DNA of 64,000 nt from Eledone cirrhosa. Taxonomy: Eukaryota. The stretch covers positions 28,644,001 to 28,708,000 of the forward strand of contig OZ024743.1 of assembly GCA_964016885.1 (NCBI GenBank). The letters run 5' to 3'. The notes under the pieces were generated by a model. The model was not told the origin of the DNA. It saw only the letters and a list, made by a program, of their open reading frames with translations, and made no database searches. This document shows, one piece after another, positions 1 through 13,720 of the stretch. Made by a program: the position numbers and the translations under genes. How positions within the stretch are numbered: the stretch's first letter is position 1; each line of letters starts with the position of its first letter.

Positions 1-2570
1 ACTCTTGTGGAACATGTTGTAGATAGTCAATAGCTTCCTAGTCTTCCTATCCATTTCTTTTTGTTCAGCAACATTCCATCTCAGAATTCCCGCACTGTAC
101 CTAATAATAGACACAGCTCGGGAATTTACTGCGCTTATGGCATTTCTGCTGTTCAGATGTGACTTCAATACGCTCCTTACTCTCCGAATGTATTCAGTTC
201 TTAACAATTCCTTCATTTTTTTGTTCTTTATGCCATCAGCCTCCAGAACGCCCAAATACTTGTATCCTTCCTCAGAGTCAATTTCCTTTATCATCTTACC
301 TGTTGGTATCTGGATTCCGTTACTTCTGCTCAACCTACCCCTCCTCATCACAATGACTCCACACTTACTAATACCAAACTGCATACATATATCACTGCTG
401 AAAATACGGACGGTGTCAACAAGCACATCCAACTCCTTCTCACTCTTCTCGAAGAGCTTAAGATCGTCCATGAAGAGGAGGTGATTGATGGTAAGCCCTC
501 CCTTTCCCAACCTGTATCCTGCTCTCACTTTTCGCAGTATACTGGTCAGGGGCATCTGGGGAAGGACAAACAACAGAGGGGACAGGCTATCTCCCTGGAA
601 GATACCTCTCTTGATCTTCACGCTTCCCAAGGATTCTCCAGTTGATGTCAACTCTGTTTCCCAGGACCTCATACTTTTGCCCAACAACTGTCTGATGTTA
701 TCTGCCACCTTGAAGATCTCCAGGCTTTTGGTGATCCAAGAATGAGGCACCATGTCAAATGCCTTTCTGTAGTCTATCCATCCCATGGCAAGATCAGTGT
801 GTCTCCTCTTGCAATTCCCCATTACCATCTTATCAATAAGTAACTGGTCCTTTGTACCACGTGACTTCTTTCGGCATCCTTTCTGTTCGTCCGGTAACAA
901 GTTGTTTGTGTGGAGGTGATGGTAGATTTCCTCAGACACAATGCTCGTCAGCAGTTTCCATATTACGGACAGACATGTGATAGGTCTATAGTTGGTAATA
1001 TCATTACCCTTGATTCGGTCTTTCATTATCAGAACTGTGGTACCTTTTTTCAACCACTCTGGTACCTCACCTGACATCAAGCAGTCATTGAACATGGTTG
1101 TCAGTTTCGGGTGGAGGGATGTTAAATTTTTAATCCAATACCCCTGCACACCATCTGGGCCTGGTGATTTCCAGTTGGTTAGTCTTTTGGCCTGCCCCTT
1201 AAGAGTTTCAACTGTGATACTCAAATCAGTTTGTTGGTGTGCCTGTTCACTAATCTCCCTCTGTACTGTCTCAATCCACCCTGCCTGGTCATTATGTCTA
1301 ACATTCTGCTCCCATATTCCTCTCCAGAATGTTTTAGTTTGTTCCGCCTCAGGGATCAAGTCGTTGCCTCTTTCTTTCCCCTCAAGCTGTCCAAACAGCA
1401 TCTTCTGGTTGTTGTCGAACATGCGGTTCTGTTTATACTGACTGACTGACTCTGTTCTCGTATCGCCTGATTTTTGCACTCTTTGCTACAATGCGTTGCT
1501 TCAATATTTAGCTTTTTCCTCCTAGTTTTGTACTTTATTTCCAGTCTATTTTTAGTGTCTATGTTTTTTAGTGTCCCATTCAGTAGGGACTCAAGCTTTC
1601 CAATGTCATTTCTCATTTCCCTGATTTGACCACTCAGTCGTTTCTTCCACCAAGGCTCTGCTCTTTCTTGTCTGTTGTTTCCTCTCGCTTTTATACCAAG
1701 TAGTTTCCTCACCGTATTTGCTGTTGCGTTGAGGATATTGTTGCACTGGTGAAGGCTCCTCACCTCAAGGTATGGGATGACTTTGTTTACCTTAGCTGTT
1801 GTTTCTTTTAACTTTTTCCTCTCTACAAATCTTAGGTTCATAGGTCTCCCACTATCATTGTTCAATTCATCTACCACTAAATTTAGGATATCAACCAAAT
1901 CTTGTCCTCGCCCGTCAGCATTCATCTCCTCAGTGGCCGTATCTCTGTTCCAGGTATTATTTATCTCAGTATTCAGATCATTGTCTGCTTCGGGTGGTTC
2001 TTCCGTTCTCTCGCCCTCTTCACCTTCATTTCCCACTGGCTCGTTTGCCTGGCATACTCCACCCTCCATCTCCAAGCTAATCTCTCTGCTCAGTTCCTCC
2101 AGTTCCAGCTCGCTTATCCACCCATTAGTTCTTATTACCCGAGCCTGCCCGGCCAATTTTTGTTCATCTAATTTAAATAGACCAATCTCGTTCCAGATGT
2201 TATGCATCCGTTTCCTATAGCCCCTCTCCTTGGGGTTACTTTTCAGGTAACATTGCATAACAGTTCTATTCAATTCTTTCGTCCAGTTGGTTCTGGTCCC
2301 TTTCCTTCTTCTTCTTCCTCCGACACCAGCAGTATTTGGTTGACAGCCAGGTCCCTGCTGCTGAGCCAGGGAGCACATGTTGGGTGAGAGTCTGTCACAT
2401 GACGTTCTTGTCTCCATTTCACCGTTATTCGAACTGTTTAGGTTCGACATTTAAACACTCTTATCGAGGATTGGCGGATGTATGGTTACATAACCACCGG
2501 TGGATTCACCGCCTCCGGTAGTTGCGTCACTCCACGTGGCTCTTGTGTGGCATTATCACGCTGTAGACGA
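1..2570 (-). mobile_element. R4/Dong-clade (RLE-type) non-LTR retrotransposon, 5' part; runs off the window edge
   Basis: ORF 2450..1356 has the R4-type N-terminus (WTKELNRTVMQCY...RGYRKRMHNIW...EQKLAGQARVIRTNGW, PWWKKRL). After a frameshift near the (ACTG)n run at ~1440, the minus strand encodes RT motifs WIDYRKAFDMVPHS (~741-786), GIFQGDSL (~585-606) and LFMDDLKLF (~450-479). Confidence 0.9.
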
Positions 2571-2769
2571 ACACAAATAAACAAACAAACAAACAGGCAG
2601 AAAAAAACTCCAAAATGAATAAGCATAAGTTTCATTGTAATGTAGTATTCGAATGTCTGACTTAGTTTTTCCCTTCCTTTCTCTGTCCGTCCGTTTGTTT
2701 CTCTCTTCATTCTTATTTTCTTTACGTTTTTTTTTTCGTTTTTTTTATTTGTTGTTGTTGCTGTGCTGC

Positions 2770-2772
<3 letters not shown>

Positions 2773-2830
<58 letters not shown>
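2773..2830. repeat. (TTA)n microsatellite
   Basis: Direct reading. Confidence 0.95.
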
Positions 2831-2831
<1 letters not shown>

Positions 2832-2849
2832 TCCTTCACCACCACCCCT

Positions 2850-3420
2850 CCTCCTCCTCCTCCTCTAACTTAATCGTGAGAGTGTCATGGGGTAAAGTCA
2901 TCAAACACTCCTTCCAGCTGATCCTGTCAGAAGCAACCTCCTCAGCTGCCTTGCCATATTTGTCTCTTTAATTGTTCTTGTGGCCTCAGCCTCCGAGAGA
3001 CTAGACAACGCTCCCAGATACACCGCCTCTACATCAGAAGATGCTGTTGTGATCGGGTTTAGGAGATTATCAAAGTATTCAAAGATGGAACCCCAGACGC
3101 GTTCCTGATAGCAGGTGTGGAGGAGAACTTATTATGAGGCCGACGGATGATCCACCAGAACACCTTATTTTTTGATCTGAAGTCGGATTCCAGCTTAACA
3201 CTAAAGTCAACTTACTCGGATGGCTTCTATGACTTCTTGATTCAACAAAGCCTTTTTTGCCCGCAGCATTTAACAGCTAAAGCAGAACAGAACAATCTCC
3301 ATTCCGTTTCAACGTCCTCATTTTGCTCAGGGAGTTCTCTGAATTTGAATGCAATAGTATATGCATACCTGGTCCTGACTTCCTTATCACTAATGATTAC
3401 TCTTCATCATGTAGATCGAC
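2850..3420 (-). mobile_element. Degraded RTE-like LINE 3' remnant
   Basis: Minus strand reads AEEVASDRISWKECL, resembling an RTE C-terminus, followed by a (GAG)n tail. Heavily decayed. Confidence 0.35.
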
Positions 3421-3649
3421 TTGGATCTGCCAGTTTTTGTGGGCTTCTTTGGTTTTAGGCAGTCTCAAGTTGACAACACAAGCACGAATCGAAAAGATCA
3501 GAGACAATAACAAAATCAATTATTGATCTCTGCCCTTATATCATGTATATTTATGGATGTCTTTGTGCTGGAAGAAGGGTTATATACTACTACTTATAAT
3601 GAATCACCTTCTTTGCGCCTGTATCTTCTTCTTAGCCATCATTATGTTT

Positions 3650-3840
3650 ACGGTAGATTGGCAGTATCGGTAGAGGGTCAGACCCTATGCTTTGCAGCAA
3701 AGAGTTACGGCTCTTTATGGTCTGAGTTGAAACCCCGCCGAGGTTAACTTTGCCTTTCATCCTTACGGGGTCGATAAAATAAAGCACCAGTAATACACTG
3801 GGATAATTGTTGGCCTTGTGTCAAAAGTAGAAACAGTTAT
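3650..3840 (+). mobile_element. tRNA-derived SINE, family A
   Basis: A-box-like TGGCAGTATCGG, B-box-like GAGTTGAAACC, core GTTAACTTTGCCTTTCATCCTTACGGGGTCGATAAAAT, tail GTAGAAACA. More than 10 copies in the window. Confidence 0.85.
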
Positions 3841-4059
3841 GTTTACAAAATAATTATATCTTTGTTGTTACAAATCAGTAGTGGAACTGGATGGAATTGG
3901 TACCTACGAGCACGATCTTCACTTGAATGAGAAATACAAGGACTTATAGTTCTTCTCTATTTTAGTGTATCGTGCAAGTTTCTATTCTACTCATACTTTA
4001 TAATGCCAGATGTACAGTAAGGCTTAATTATATCTTCAAAAGCATTCCTTCACTATATT

Positions 4060-5940
4060 AAAGTCTGATCATTATTATGTCGCACCATGTGAAGATCGGA
4101 GATGACAGTAAAGAGTGAAGATGACCAGAAAAATATAACAATAAAGGTTCCCCAATAGGAGGAGAACCACCAAAAAGCGACGCAGGAACCTCACAAATCC
4201 TGAACCACCCAAGGCTCCCAGAGCACTCGGGAAAGACAACCCTCTCCTCTTCAAATTAACCAGTCTACATGCGCATACTCAGAGTAGGCTCAGTCATATG
4301 GGCCATTCTCGTACCATTCACCTACATTTTAGCAAAAGTCTAAATATGGAAGTTTGTCATTGGGATATTGCGGGGAAGACAGGCTTTTCTGTCAAAGTAA
4401 AAATACTACTAAGGGAACAAAAATAATGTAGGAAGAAACTCCAGAGTACCGAGGATAAACCGGTTATTGATAAGACAGTTTTGAGGTATTATAAGAAACT
4501 TCAAGCAAACAAGTCTATGGCGTGGATTGACATTACAAAGGCGTATGATATGGTGCCCCATTCTTGGATTGGTGTATGCCTGAGCATTTAGGTATTGCTG
4601 ACAATACAAAGTTTTGCTGTATAGTATACCAGACTGGAAAACTGTTATACTCAAGAAGCGTCATTCTATTTCTTATAGCACTGATCACTAGAAAAATAAA
4701 AATGGGCTACCAATTTGGAAAGCAAGAGTCTTCTGTTTATGGATGACGTGAAAGTATTTGGGAAGTCTGAAATCCAAATAGATTCATTGGTTAAAACAAT
4801 TCAAATGTGTAGCAGTGACATCGTTATAGAATTTGGGATTTCCAAATGCTCTGTACACAACATGAAAAGAGGGAAGAGGCAGCCTGAGGTGGATTATGAC
4901 TACCCTTGGGAGAAACCATTGGAAAACCAGATGGTTGTGGCTGTAGATATTTGGGGATATTATATTTCAACTAGATGATATTTTGCACGCAGAAATGAAA
5001 GAAAATGTTACAGGGATATATTTAAAAAGAGTTAAAATGATTTTAAAATCCAACTTGAATGCGAGAAATCTGTTCATGGCAATGAATATCTGGCCAATTG
5101 CAGTGGTTAGATATAGTACATTTATTCACCTGTGGACTGAAGAAAAAATATCAAAATTAGATAGAAAAGTGAGAAGATTAATGAAATAAAGAATAGTGAC
5201 AGAGGCCTCATCGGTGTGAATCATTGTATAAGGAGTGAAAGGAGAACGCTTGCAGAATATTTAAGAAAGAGTGACGAAGAGGTGTTGCAATATGCAGCTG
5301 AAGCTATGCGTTTAAATGCAGTAGAAATAGTTGGAAAGCAGAAGAGAAAAGAAAAGGTCTTCTAGGAATGAGATTGTATGGTCAATATGAGAGAAATACA
5401 CAGATATCAAGGATAAAACAACATCGGGGACATAGCTTAGGCAAGGCGATTTGAAACATGCCACCGAAGGCCTTATAGTTGCATCGCAAGACCAAGCTCT
5501 TGCTACCAATTCAGTGAAATATAATATCTACAAAACTTCTGACACCAAGAAATCTGTGGAAAGAAAGTGGAAAATATGACCCAATTGGTAACTGGATGTG
5601 CAAAAAGAATACAAGCGCTGCCATGATAAAGACTGTATATAATTTCATTGGCTTCTTTATCGTAAATATCAGTATAGTATGAAGTCGTAGAAAATTGGTA
5701 TGAGCATGTGCTTTGTAAAGTAATGCAGAAGGATGGGAAAGCAAGGATATTCTGTGATTATGGTTTTCAAACTGATAGAATAATTGAACATCGCCAACCA
5801 GACATTGTCTTGTTGAACAAGAAAGAGAAACACTGTCAGATCATTGACATGGCCATACCAAATGACATGTTGCGAGTAAGGAGATTGAAAAAATCACCAA
5901 ATACTCTGAATTGAAAGTGGAGCTGGCAAGACTATTTCAC
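4060..5940 (+). mobile_element. Degraded R4/Dong-clade LINE (RT plus restriction-like endonuclease)
   Basis: Fragments KAYDMVPHSWI (~4540), LFMDDVKVF (~4735), IVASQDQAL (~5480) and HRQPDIVLLNKKEKHCQIIDMAIPND (PD..D endonuclease, ORF 5708-5914). Confidence 0.8.
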
Positions 5941-6059
5941 AGGATCGGTGGAACTGGAGGAAGCATGCCCCCCCCCCCGTCCCCCCAGGTAATTATATTT
6001 TTCTCCCCAAATACCAAAAGACTCATCTATTTGTATATGCGCTATAATTTATGTACAGC

Positions 6060-6190
6060 AAGAGGGGAGAGATAGATATAGATATAGAGAGGGGGAGAGT
6101 TTGGTGGTAATTTATATAGAGAGGAAAGTTGGGAGAGTGTGTTGTATATTAGATATACAGAGAGGAAGAGATTGATGTTTATTGATATAC
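6060..6190. repeat. Purine-rich degenerate minisatellite, left piece
   Basis: Units like GATATAGAGAGGGGGAGAGTTTGGTGGTAATT, the same as at 11924-13720. Confidence 0.8.
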
Positions 6191-6611
6191 ATTTCTATTT
6201 ATTTGCCACCAGGGCATCAAAGATTGGGACAAATACAAAGGGGGAGTTTACATACATTTAAAAAGACGTGTAAAAAACATATAACAAATTAAATTTAACA
6301 ATCGATGTCCTCAATAGGGAGGGGCGTTGACATGGGTCGCCCCCCCCCCCCGAAAAAATGTGCAACCCTCCTCTTCAGGAGCACAAAGAGCGGGTGCTTC
6401 CTTCCTCTTCTCATTCTTCTCCTCTCTCACCTACAGGCTGATATAGAGAGAAGGCTCATTCACTCGGGCCATTCTTACAACTTTCACCCACCTTTCATAA
6501 ACTTGCTGGGGTAGAGCACCTCTCTCTCCATTATGATCCTTCTTCTAAAGTGGTACTTGAAAAAAAAGACCAGTTGTTGGCCGGAGAGAAAGGTGTCTGA
6601 CCTCAGCCCTT

Positions 6612-9600
6612 TCACCTTGTCCACCATACAACTTCTTTCGCCATAGTTATCACACAAAGGAAAACCGCCTCTCCTTGGTTTTTGAAAGGGGGAGGCTGTT
6701 TGATCGTGACAATGTTCTCAGTGGTCAACCGGTTTGGTCCCACCCGCGACAGTAGTCGTTCCACATAGCCCCACAGGTCAGCAACGCCCGGGCAGTGTAC
6801 GAATGCGTGTTCGACAGTTTCTTCGTCACGCACGCATCTCGGACAGATCTTCTTCGAGGGGTCCCTACCCTGGCGCCCGTGTCTGTAGAGCTTGTCCCGA
6901 ACGGGTAACATTGCTCCTCGGTAACATTGCTAAGCCAGGGACTTTTGGAAGTTGTCCATCGGTCCCGGGCCAAACGTCCTACCAAATAGACTAGCCAGCT
7001 CATCTTCCTCTATGCCCAGAGCCTCTCCGAGAGCGTCGTCGCACTGACTGCGCACCAACCCTCTATAGAATGTTGAGGTTCATTCTTCACTGATTGCCGG
7101 ATCCGCTTGCCAGAGGGCCGTGAGCGCCTGGGCACATTCAATGTGCCAGTCGCCGACTTTTCTCGGTCTTTGCTTGACCCAGGATTGCAGCTCGCTGAGT
7201 GAGACGAGTCTCGGAAAGGCTCACCTCACAAACAGGGCCCACACCGGCTGACCGGTGAGGAATACCTGGAGGTGCCGTAGCCTTAATGCGTGTCTACGCA
7301 TCGTAAGCCACGGCATCCCCAGCCCTCCGTTCGAAGGGTGTTGACAGCAGATGGATCTTCTCACCAAAGGGGCCCGCTTCTTCCAAAGAAATCGGAAGAG
7401 CGCGCGCTCCATTTTGGCGAGTGTTTTCTCTGGGCAAGGCACGACGGTCAAGCGGTAGTAGCTGACGGACGCTATATAAGCGTTCGCCACCTCCGCTCGA
7501 CCTTTCAGGGATAGTTTGCACTCGCCCCATTTCTGGGCGAGTGCAAACACCTTGCCCGTTACCTCATCCCAGTTTTTCTCCACCTAGAGGTCCGGTCCAA
7601 ATCAGACCCCGAGCAGCTTCACCGGTCCCTCCGTCCAGCGTCCGACGATGCCGTCGGAGGGCATCGGTTTGCCCCTTCACGTCCCGAGTTGCAAACCGAC
7701 GAACTTGTCCCGGTTCAGCTTCGCTCCTGTGAACCTTTCATATTCCTCCAGTAAGGTGCCGATCTGCCCGATTTCCGAGGCACACGACACCATTACTGTC
7801 ACTTCATCGGCGTAGGCCGACACCGCTTTCCGCAATCCCGGTTCCAAGGGAATGCCCTGCAACAGCTCTAGCTTCCGCAGTAGTGGCTCGAGAGCCAGCA
7901 CATACAGGAGGGAGGAGAGAGGAAATCCCTGTCGGATGGATCGCGTGATTTGGAACGGCTCCGAGAGGTAGCCGTTCACCTTGACTCTCGAGCAGATGTT
8001 GCTGCTGTACATTGCAGCAATCCAGCTCCTGAAAACGGGTCCGAAGCCTGCCGCCGCGAGCACCGCATCCAGGTACCGATGGTCAACCCTATCGAACGCC
8101 TTAGATTGATCCAAGTTTATCAGGGCCCCACCAAAGCCGGGTTCGTTCCCTACCCTCTCTACGATGTATCGCATGAGGTGGAGGTTGTCGTGTATGGACC
8201 TGGACGGGATTGCGCATGTCTGCGCTTCTCCCACCAAGTTCCCGACGACAAGTGCCAACCTCTTCGCTAACACCTTGGCCAAAATCTTTAACTCTGTGTT
8301 TAGCAGAGTTATAGGCCGGAAGTTATCTATGTCATCCCCCTTGTTCTCGTCCTTCCTCACAAGCGTGACTACGCCCTTGGTCACAGAACTGGGAATTCTC
8401 CCGTTCTGTTGCCAGTTGCAGTAGACCGCCTCGAGGAGACCGGAGAACAAACCCGGCATCGCTACATAAAGTTCGTATGGTAGACCATCGAGACCCGGAG
8501 ATTTGCGTTTGCCGCATTGGCTCAGCGCTTCCCCTATTTCAGCGGCTGAAATCGGCCTCTCGCAGGACTTAGCCTCCCCGTCCGAGAGCCGCGCCAGACC
8601 GTCGAGGTATGGACCGAAATCCATGGCCCCACGCAGCCCGCCGCCCCTCCCGAACAGTCGTGCAAAGCGCCGTTGAAAGGCCGCGCTCATCCGCTCAGGT
8701 TCAAAGATCACACGTCCATCCTGGTCCTTCAAATACCGAATCGTGGACTTGTTTCCACTTGTTGCCTCTGTCACTCGGGCCCAGCTAACAGCTTTGGCTC
8801 CCTCGTTACCCAGAGCATGATTTTACTCCTGACAACGCAGCCCTCGTGCTTCGCATCAAAGAACTGGTCTAGGGCCGTTCTTGACGCCAGCACGCCGGCT
8901 ACGTTGCCACTCCTAATCGCCTCTTCTACTCTATTTATTAATTAAATTCCCTTTCAGTTCTATTCTTATCTGATGCTAATTCCCGACTAAAACCTATCGA
9001 TTCTATTCTAATTTCTCTCTTGAGAGAGCCCTACCACCTGCTGTTGACAATTTCCCCCGTCAAACCGTGCTTAACTAGTGTGCTAATCCGCTTACTGTAA
9101 GCTTTGTTTGTCGGTAAAGACAAGTTTAGCTTCCAGTAACCGGGTCCCTGTCTATGAGTTCTATCAAGGTTGACCACTCCGGTCACCAACTTGTGATCCG
9201 AATAGTCAACCATGAACATTCGTGGACAGCTTAATATGTCCCTATCCTTATTTCTAACTAGGAACCTATCTAGGTATGACCTAGATGTTCCGCTGAGATT
9301 ATTCCACATCCACAGTGGCACAGTCGGAAAATCTAGTCGATATCTATCGGCCAGATCAAATCGGCCGATTAATCGTTTGAGGCTGTTACACCCCCTCTAT
9401 CGGGACATGCCCCTACATAGTCCCAACGTGCATCCAGGATACCATTCCAGTCCCCCACTAAAAGCAAGGAGCGAGACGTTCCCAGGAAATTCTCCAGGCG
9501 TCTGAAGAAGTCCGGTCGCGGTGTCCCAGATGGGGCATACGCTGCCACCAGCCTGAAAGCTCCACCTTCACCACTGCCGACATCTAAAACCCCCAGTCGA

Positions 9601-9872
9601 CCCTCCGGGTCTAGGTGTACCTTCTGTGTGGCAAGACCCAGGTATTTTCGCAGCAGAACGACAAACCAACCCCCACCCCTCGGCTGACAGAGAGATGCGT
9701 AGATCTCAAAGTCGTCGAAGATGGGGGCCAGTTGGCGCTCGCTGCTGATCCTGGACTCGCAATTAACCATTACATCCACTCTGTGCGACCTGAGGTCATT
9801 TAAGAGTTTGCCCTGTTTCCACGACATCCCCAGGCCGCGTGCATTCACACATCCAACTCTTATATTGGCCAT
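6612..9872 (-). pseudogene. Tx1 ORF2 (APE endonuclease / reverse transcriptase), interrupted
   Basis: ORFs 9872-9369, 9321-9031, 8774-7677, 7583-7221 and 6911-6612 give the canonical motifs in order. Confidence 0.9.
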
Positions 9873-9909
9873 GTTGGTGCTGAAGAGTTAAAAGGAAGAG
9901 GAAAGGAAA

Positions 9910-11637
9910 TTACTTACCTCTTCGTCTCCTGGGGACCAGGCTGCACAATTTGGAAGGGTTGTTTGGTGGGATGGTGGTTTTTGGTGGGGTGAGGACATCA
10001 GTGTGTGGTGGGATTAGGGTGTTTGGTGGGGTTGGGGTGTCTGGTGTGGGGGTGGGGAAACATCTCAATAGGACGCTGTTAAGTGGTTTGGTGCAGTTGG
10101 TTCCCACATGCATTGGATGGTTCTTTTTCAAAGTTACATAGGTTTCCATTAGGTGCGGTTTGTTCGCTGCGTATGTAAAAGTGATCCCTTCGGTTTCCAC
10201 CGAAGGGTTATTTTCTATTGCTTTCATCAAAGTTTTATTGTTCTTGTTAATATATGTATAGAGTTTTTGTTGTGTTGTGTTTGTTTTTGTTTGTTGTTCT
10301 TGTGCGTGTTTGCGTTTTGTAGTATGTGTTATGTTTTGGGGAGCGGTGGGTTTTTTGTTTGTGATGTTTGTTCTGTTTGTGCTGGTGGTTGTGTGTTTGT
10401 AGCATTTTTGTTAATGTGGTGCCTTTTTCTTTTCCTTTTTACCTGTTGAAAGGGTTCTCCCTCGTCGTCACTGGGTGACGTTGATACGGAGTCCTCTTCC
10501 GTGTTGTTGAGGAGGGGTATATTTTGGGGTTTTGTAGTGGTTGCTTTTGTAATTGTTTTAGGTGGGGAGGGGTTGGGTGGAACAGTGTTTTGTGTTGTTA
10601 TTTTTCCGTGTTGTTGTTGTTGTTGTGGTTGTTGTTGTTGTTGTGGTGGTGGTGGTGGTGGTGGTGGTGGTGGTGGTGGTTGTGTTGTTGTGTTCGGGGT
10701 TGGCAGAAGAGCCATTTTTTATTTACTCGTTAATTGAGGACAGGCAGCCCTCAGGTGACCCCTGCTTAAGCAGTGGTAACATGACGGCCGCCTTCCCTCC
10801 ACTGAAATATTTATATAAGTTAGACCGTCCAGAGGCACGCGTTGTGGGATATTCGGTATTCGTTCTGGGCTCATTTGCACCAGAACTTCTATGCTGGTCC
10901 CACCAAATACACTTCCGGAGGACTTTCCTATTGAAATTATCCTGTCTTCATCAAAGTCAATGATTCCACATAGTATCCATCAAATATTTACATTTGGTGT
11001 GATACTCATGATTTTTATTCTTTGTGTCCTTTTTCCCCTGTATGTGGGGAAAAAGGTGAAGCGGGGGGGCACAATGGGTGATACCGAGTATTTTTGTGCT
11101 GTTGACTGGTTATTCATTAGCACCGAAATGCTACCAAATAGTTTTCCTTTTTGTATGAAGGTTATGACCTTCATTGCATCTTTTAGAACCAGCTCAATTT
11201 CCTTTTGTGATAATTGAGCTGGTTTTCTTGTTTCGTTCGATATTGTTCTGAAAACCACAGTTTTCAGGACAGCCTCTCTACGTAATTCCTGTGGAGAATT
11301 GATGCTAAAAGCACCGTTTTCGCCAAAAGTCACGAATTGTTTTGCGTCTTGTAGTAGTTGTTTAGCATTTGTTATGTCAATTGGCGTGTATAGTTCGTTT
11401 TTTTTTTACAGTCTGTGGAACGTTATTTTGGTGTTGTTGTCTTTTTTTGTTGCTGTTGTTGTTGTCACTGTTGGTAATATTGTTCATGTTTTCCTTGGTG
11501 TTGCTATTGTTGCAGTTGTTGGTTGTGGTATTATTGTCATTGTTCTTGTTGTTGGTGCTGGTATTATTTACCGGGTTTGGTTTCGTGGTTTCAATATTTT
11601 CTACGTTTTTCGATAATGCGAGGGGGGAAGGCTGCAA
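9910..11637 (-). pseudogene. Tx1 ORF1 (broken), with low-complexity N/T/P/Q tracts
   Basis: Chain of minus-strand ORFs (11637-11377, 11333-10980, 10715-10329, 10230-9910) directly upstream of the APE start. Includes a basic FQQVKRKRKR segment. Confidence 0.6.
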
Positions 11638-11923
11638 GCTTTGTACTCCTACCTTCCCTCCACCACTTTCCTAAGTGAACGTGGCACTCACGACAGTGTG
11701 CGAGGTTGAAATGGCATCCATTGCTGAATACCAAGTCTACACAGTTTTGAGATGAAAATGAAAATTTCGCCCCAGAAAGGGGCAAAAATTAGTTGACTCA
11801 ACGTCTGAAGGCCCAGGCAAGGGGTTAAACTAAACAATGTTATTAAATTGAGCAATGAACTCACAGTTTTTTTTACAATAATCCGTAAAAATCCGGAGCG
11901 AAGTAATTCACGTCTATATCAAG

Positions 11924-13720
11924 TGGTAATTGATATAGAGAGGGGACGTTTGCTGATAATTGATATAGAGAAGGGGATTGGAAGATAATTTCGTGTAGTA
12001 TATATAGAGTGGGGGAGATTGGTGTTACTTGATGTAGAGACTGGGATTGGGAAAGTATGTTGTGTGGTTGATGTAGAGAGGGGGAAGTTTGGTGACAATG
12101 AATAGAGGGAGAGGATTAATAGAGATAGGCTTTCATAGATATAGAGAGGGGGAGAGTTTGGTTGTGATCGATAGTATAAAAAGAATGAGAGAGAGTGTTG
12201 TATGGTATATAAAGAGAGGTGGATATTTTGGTGGTAATTGATATAGAGAGGTGGGTTGGGAGAGAGTACCGTGTAGCAGATATAGGGAGGGGGAGAATAT
12301 GATGTTTATTGATATAGCGAGAGGGATTGTAATAGAGTTTCCTGTAGTAGATATAGAGAGGGGGAGAGTTTGTTGTTAATTGATTTACAGTGAAGGATTG
12401 GGAGAGAGTGTTGTATGGTTGACGTAGAGAGGGGGAGAATAGTGTGCGAGAATAGTGTGCGAGGATTGAAAAATATTTTGATAAATATAGAGAGGCGGAG
12501 AGTTTGGTAGCGATGGATTGTGTGGAAAGAATTAGAGAGAATGTTGTATATAGAGAGGGTGAGAGTTTGGTAGTGATGGATAGAGTGAGAGGGAATGAGA
12601 GAGAGTGTTCTATGGTATATAAAGAGAGGTGGATATTTTGATGGTAAGGGATAGAGAGAGGGGGGCTTAGAGAGAGAGTACCGTGTAGCAGATATAGGGA
12701 GAGGGAGAAGTTGATGTTTATTGATATAGTGACGGGGAGTGGAAGAGAGTTCCATGTAGTAGATATATAGGAGGGGGGGGTTGATGTTAATTGATATAGA
12801 GAGGTGTGTTGGAAAAGCGTTCCATGTAGTAGATATACGGAGGGGGAGAGCTTGGTGTTATTTGATATAGAGAGGGCGTTGAGAGGGTCAGTTGAATGGT
12901 GGATATAGAGAGGAGTATTGGGAGATATAGAGAGGGGGTGAGTTTGGAAGTGATGAATAGAGTGAGAAGGACTGCGAGAGAATGTTGTATGTTAGATAGA
13001 GAGAGGTGTAGCGTTTGGTGCTAATTGATATAGCGAGGAGGAATGGAAGGTAGTTTCGTATACTAGATAGAGAGAGGGGGAGATTTCGGGGTTACTTGAT
13101 ATAGAGAGGGGGGGTAGAAGAGAGTTCCGTGTAGTAGATATAAAGAGGGGGAGAGTTCGGTGTTACCTGATATAGAGAGGGGGTTGGAAGAGAGTTCAGT
13201 GTAGTAGATATAAAGAGGGGGAGATTTTGGTGTTAATTGATATAGAGAGGGGAATTGGTAGGAATGGTTGTTTGGTTGATGTAGAGAGCGGAATAGTTTG
13301 GTGGTAATGAATAGAGTGAGAGGATTGATAGAGATAGAGAGGGGGAGAGTTTGATAGTGATGGATTGTGTGGAGAGAATTAGAGAATTAGAGTGTTATAT
13401 GATAGATGTAGGGAGGGGGATATTTTGGAGGGAGTTGATATAGAGAGGTGTGTTGGGAGAGAGTTCTGTGTAGTAGTTATAGGGAGAGTGAGAGTCTGAT
13501 GTCTATTGATTTAGCGAGAAGGATTGGAACAAACTTTCGTTTAGTAGATATAGAGAAGGGGAGAGTTTGGTTTTAATTGATATAGAGAGAAGGATTTGAA
13601 GAGAGTTTGGTTTAGTAGATATTGAGAGGGCGAGTATTTGATGTTATTTGATATAGAGAGGGGGGTTGGGAGAGACGGTTGTTTGGTTGATGTAGAGAGG
13701 GGGAGATTTGATGGTAATGA
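11924..13720. repeat. Purine-rich degenerate minisatellite (~31-32 bp subunits, roughly dimeric)
   Basis: GATATAGAGAGGGG(G)AGAGTT recurs dozens of times, with strong G/A strand asymmetry. Confidence 0.9.

Larger units (their letters stand above)
6191..11922 (-). mobile_element. Near full-length L1/Tx1-clade LINE (ORF1 + APE-RT-zf ORF2), frameshifted
   Basis: APE: CVNARGL, LVAAYAP, VGDWN, SYLDRFL, YSDHKLV, GYWKLN (9872-9031). RT: KSPGLDGL, FRPITLLN, LDQSKAFDRVDH, RQGFPLS, AYADEV (8774-7677). GGLGMP (7583-7221). C-terminal CPRC..EETVEHAFVHC (6911-6612). AATAAA at the 3' end (~6200). Confidence 0.92.

Noticed and set aside
137-2220. Plus-strand ORFs over the R4 element, and similar antisense ORFs over the other LINEs
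   Set aside because: Shadow frames of the retroelement coding strand.
10329-10737. Poly-Pro/poly-Gln ORF resembling a transcription factor
   Set aside because: It is a (GGT)n/(GTT)n expansion inside Tx1 ORF1, with no host-gene domain.
11924-13720. Regularly spaced repeats as a CRISPR array
   Set aside because: The units are degenerate with no unique spacers, there are no cas genes, and the context is eukaryotic.
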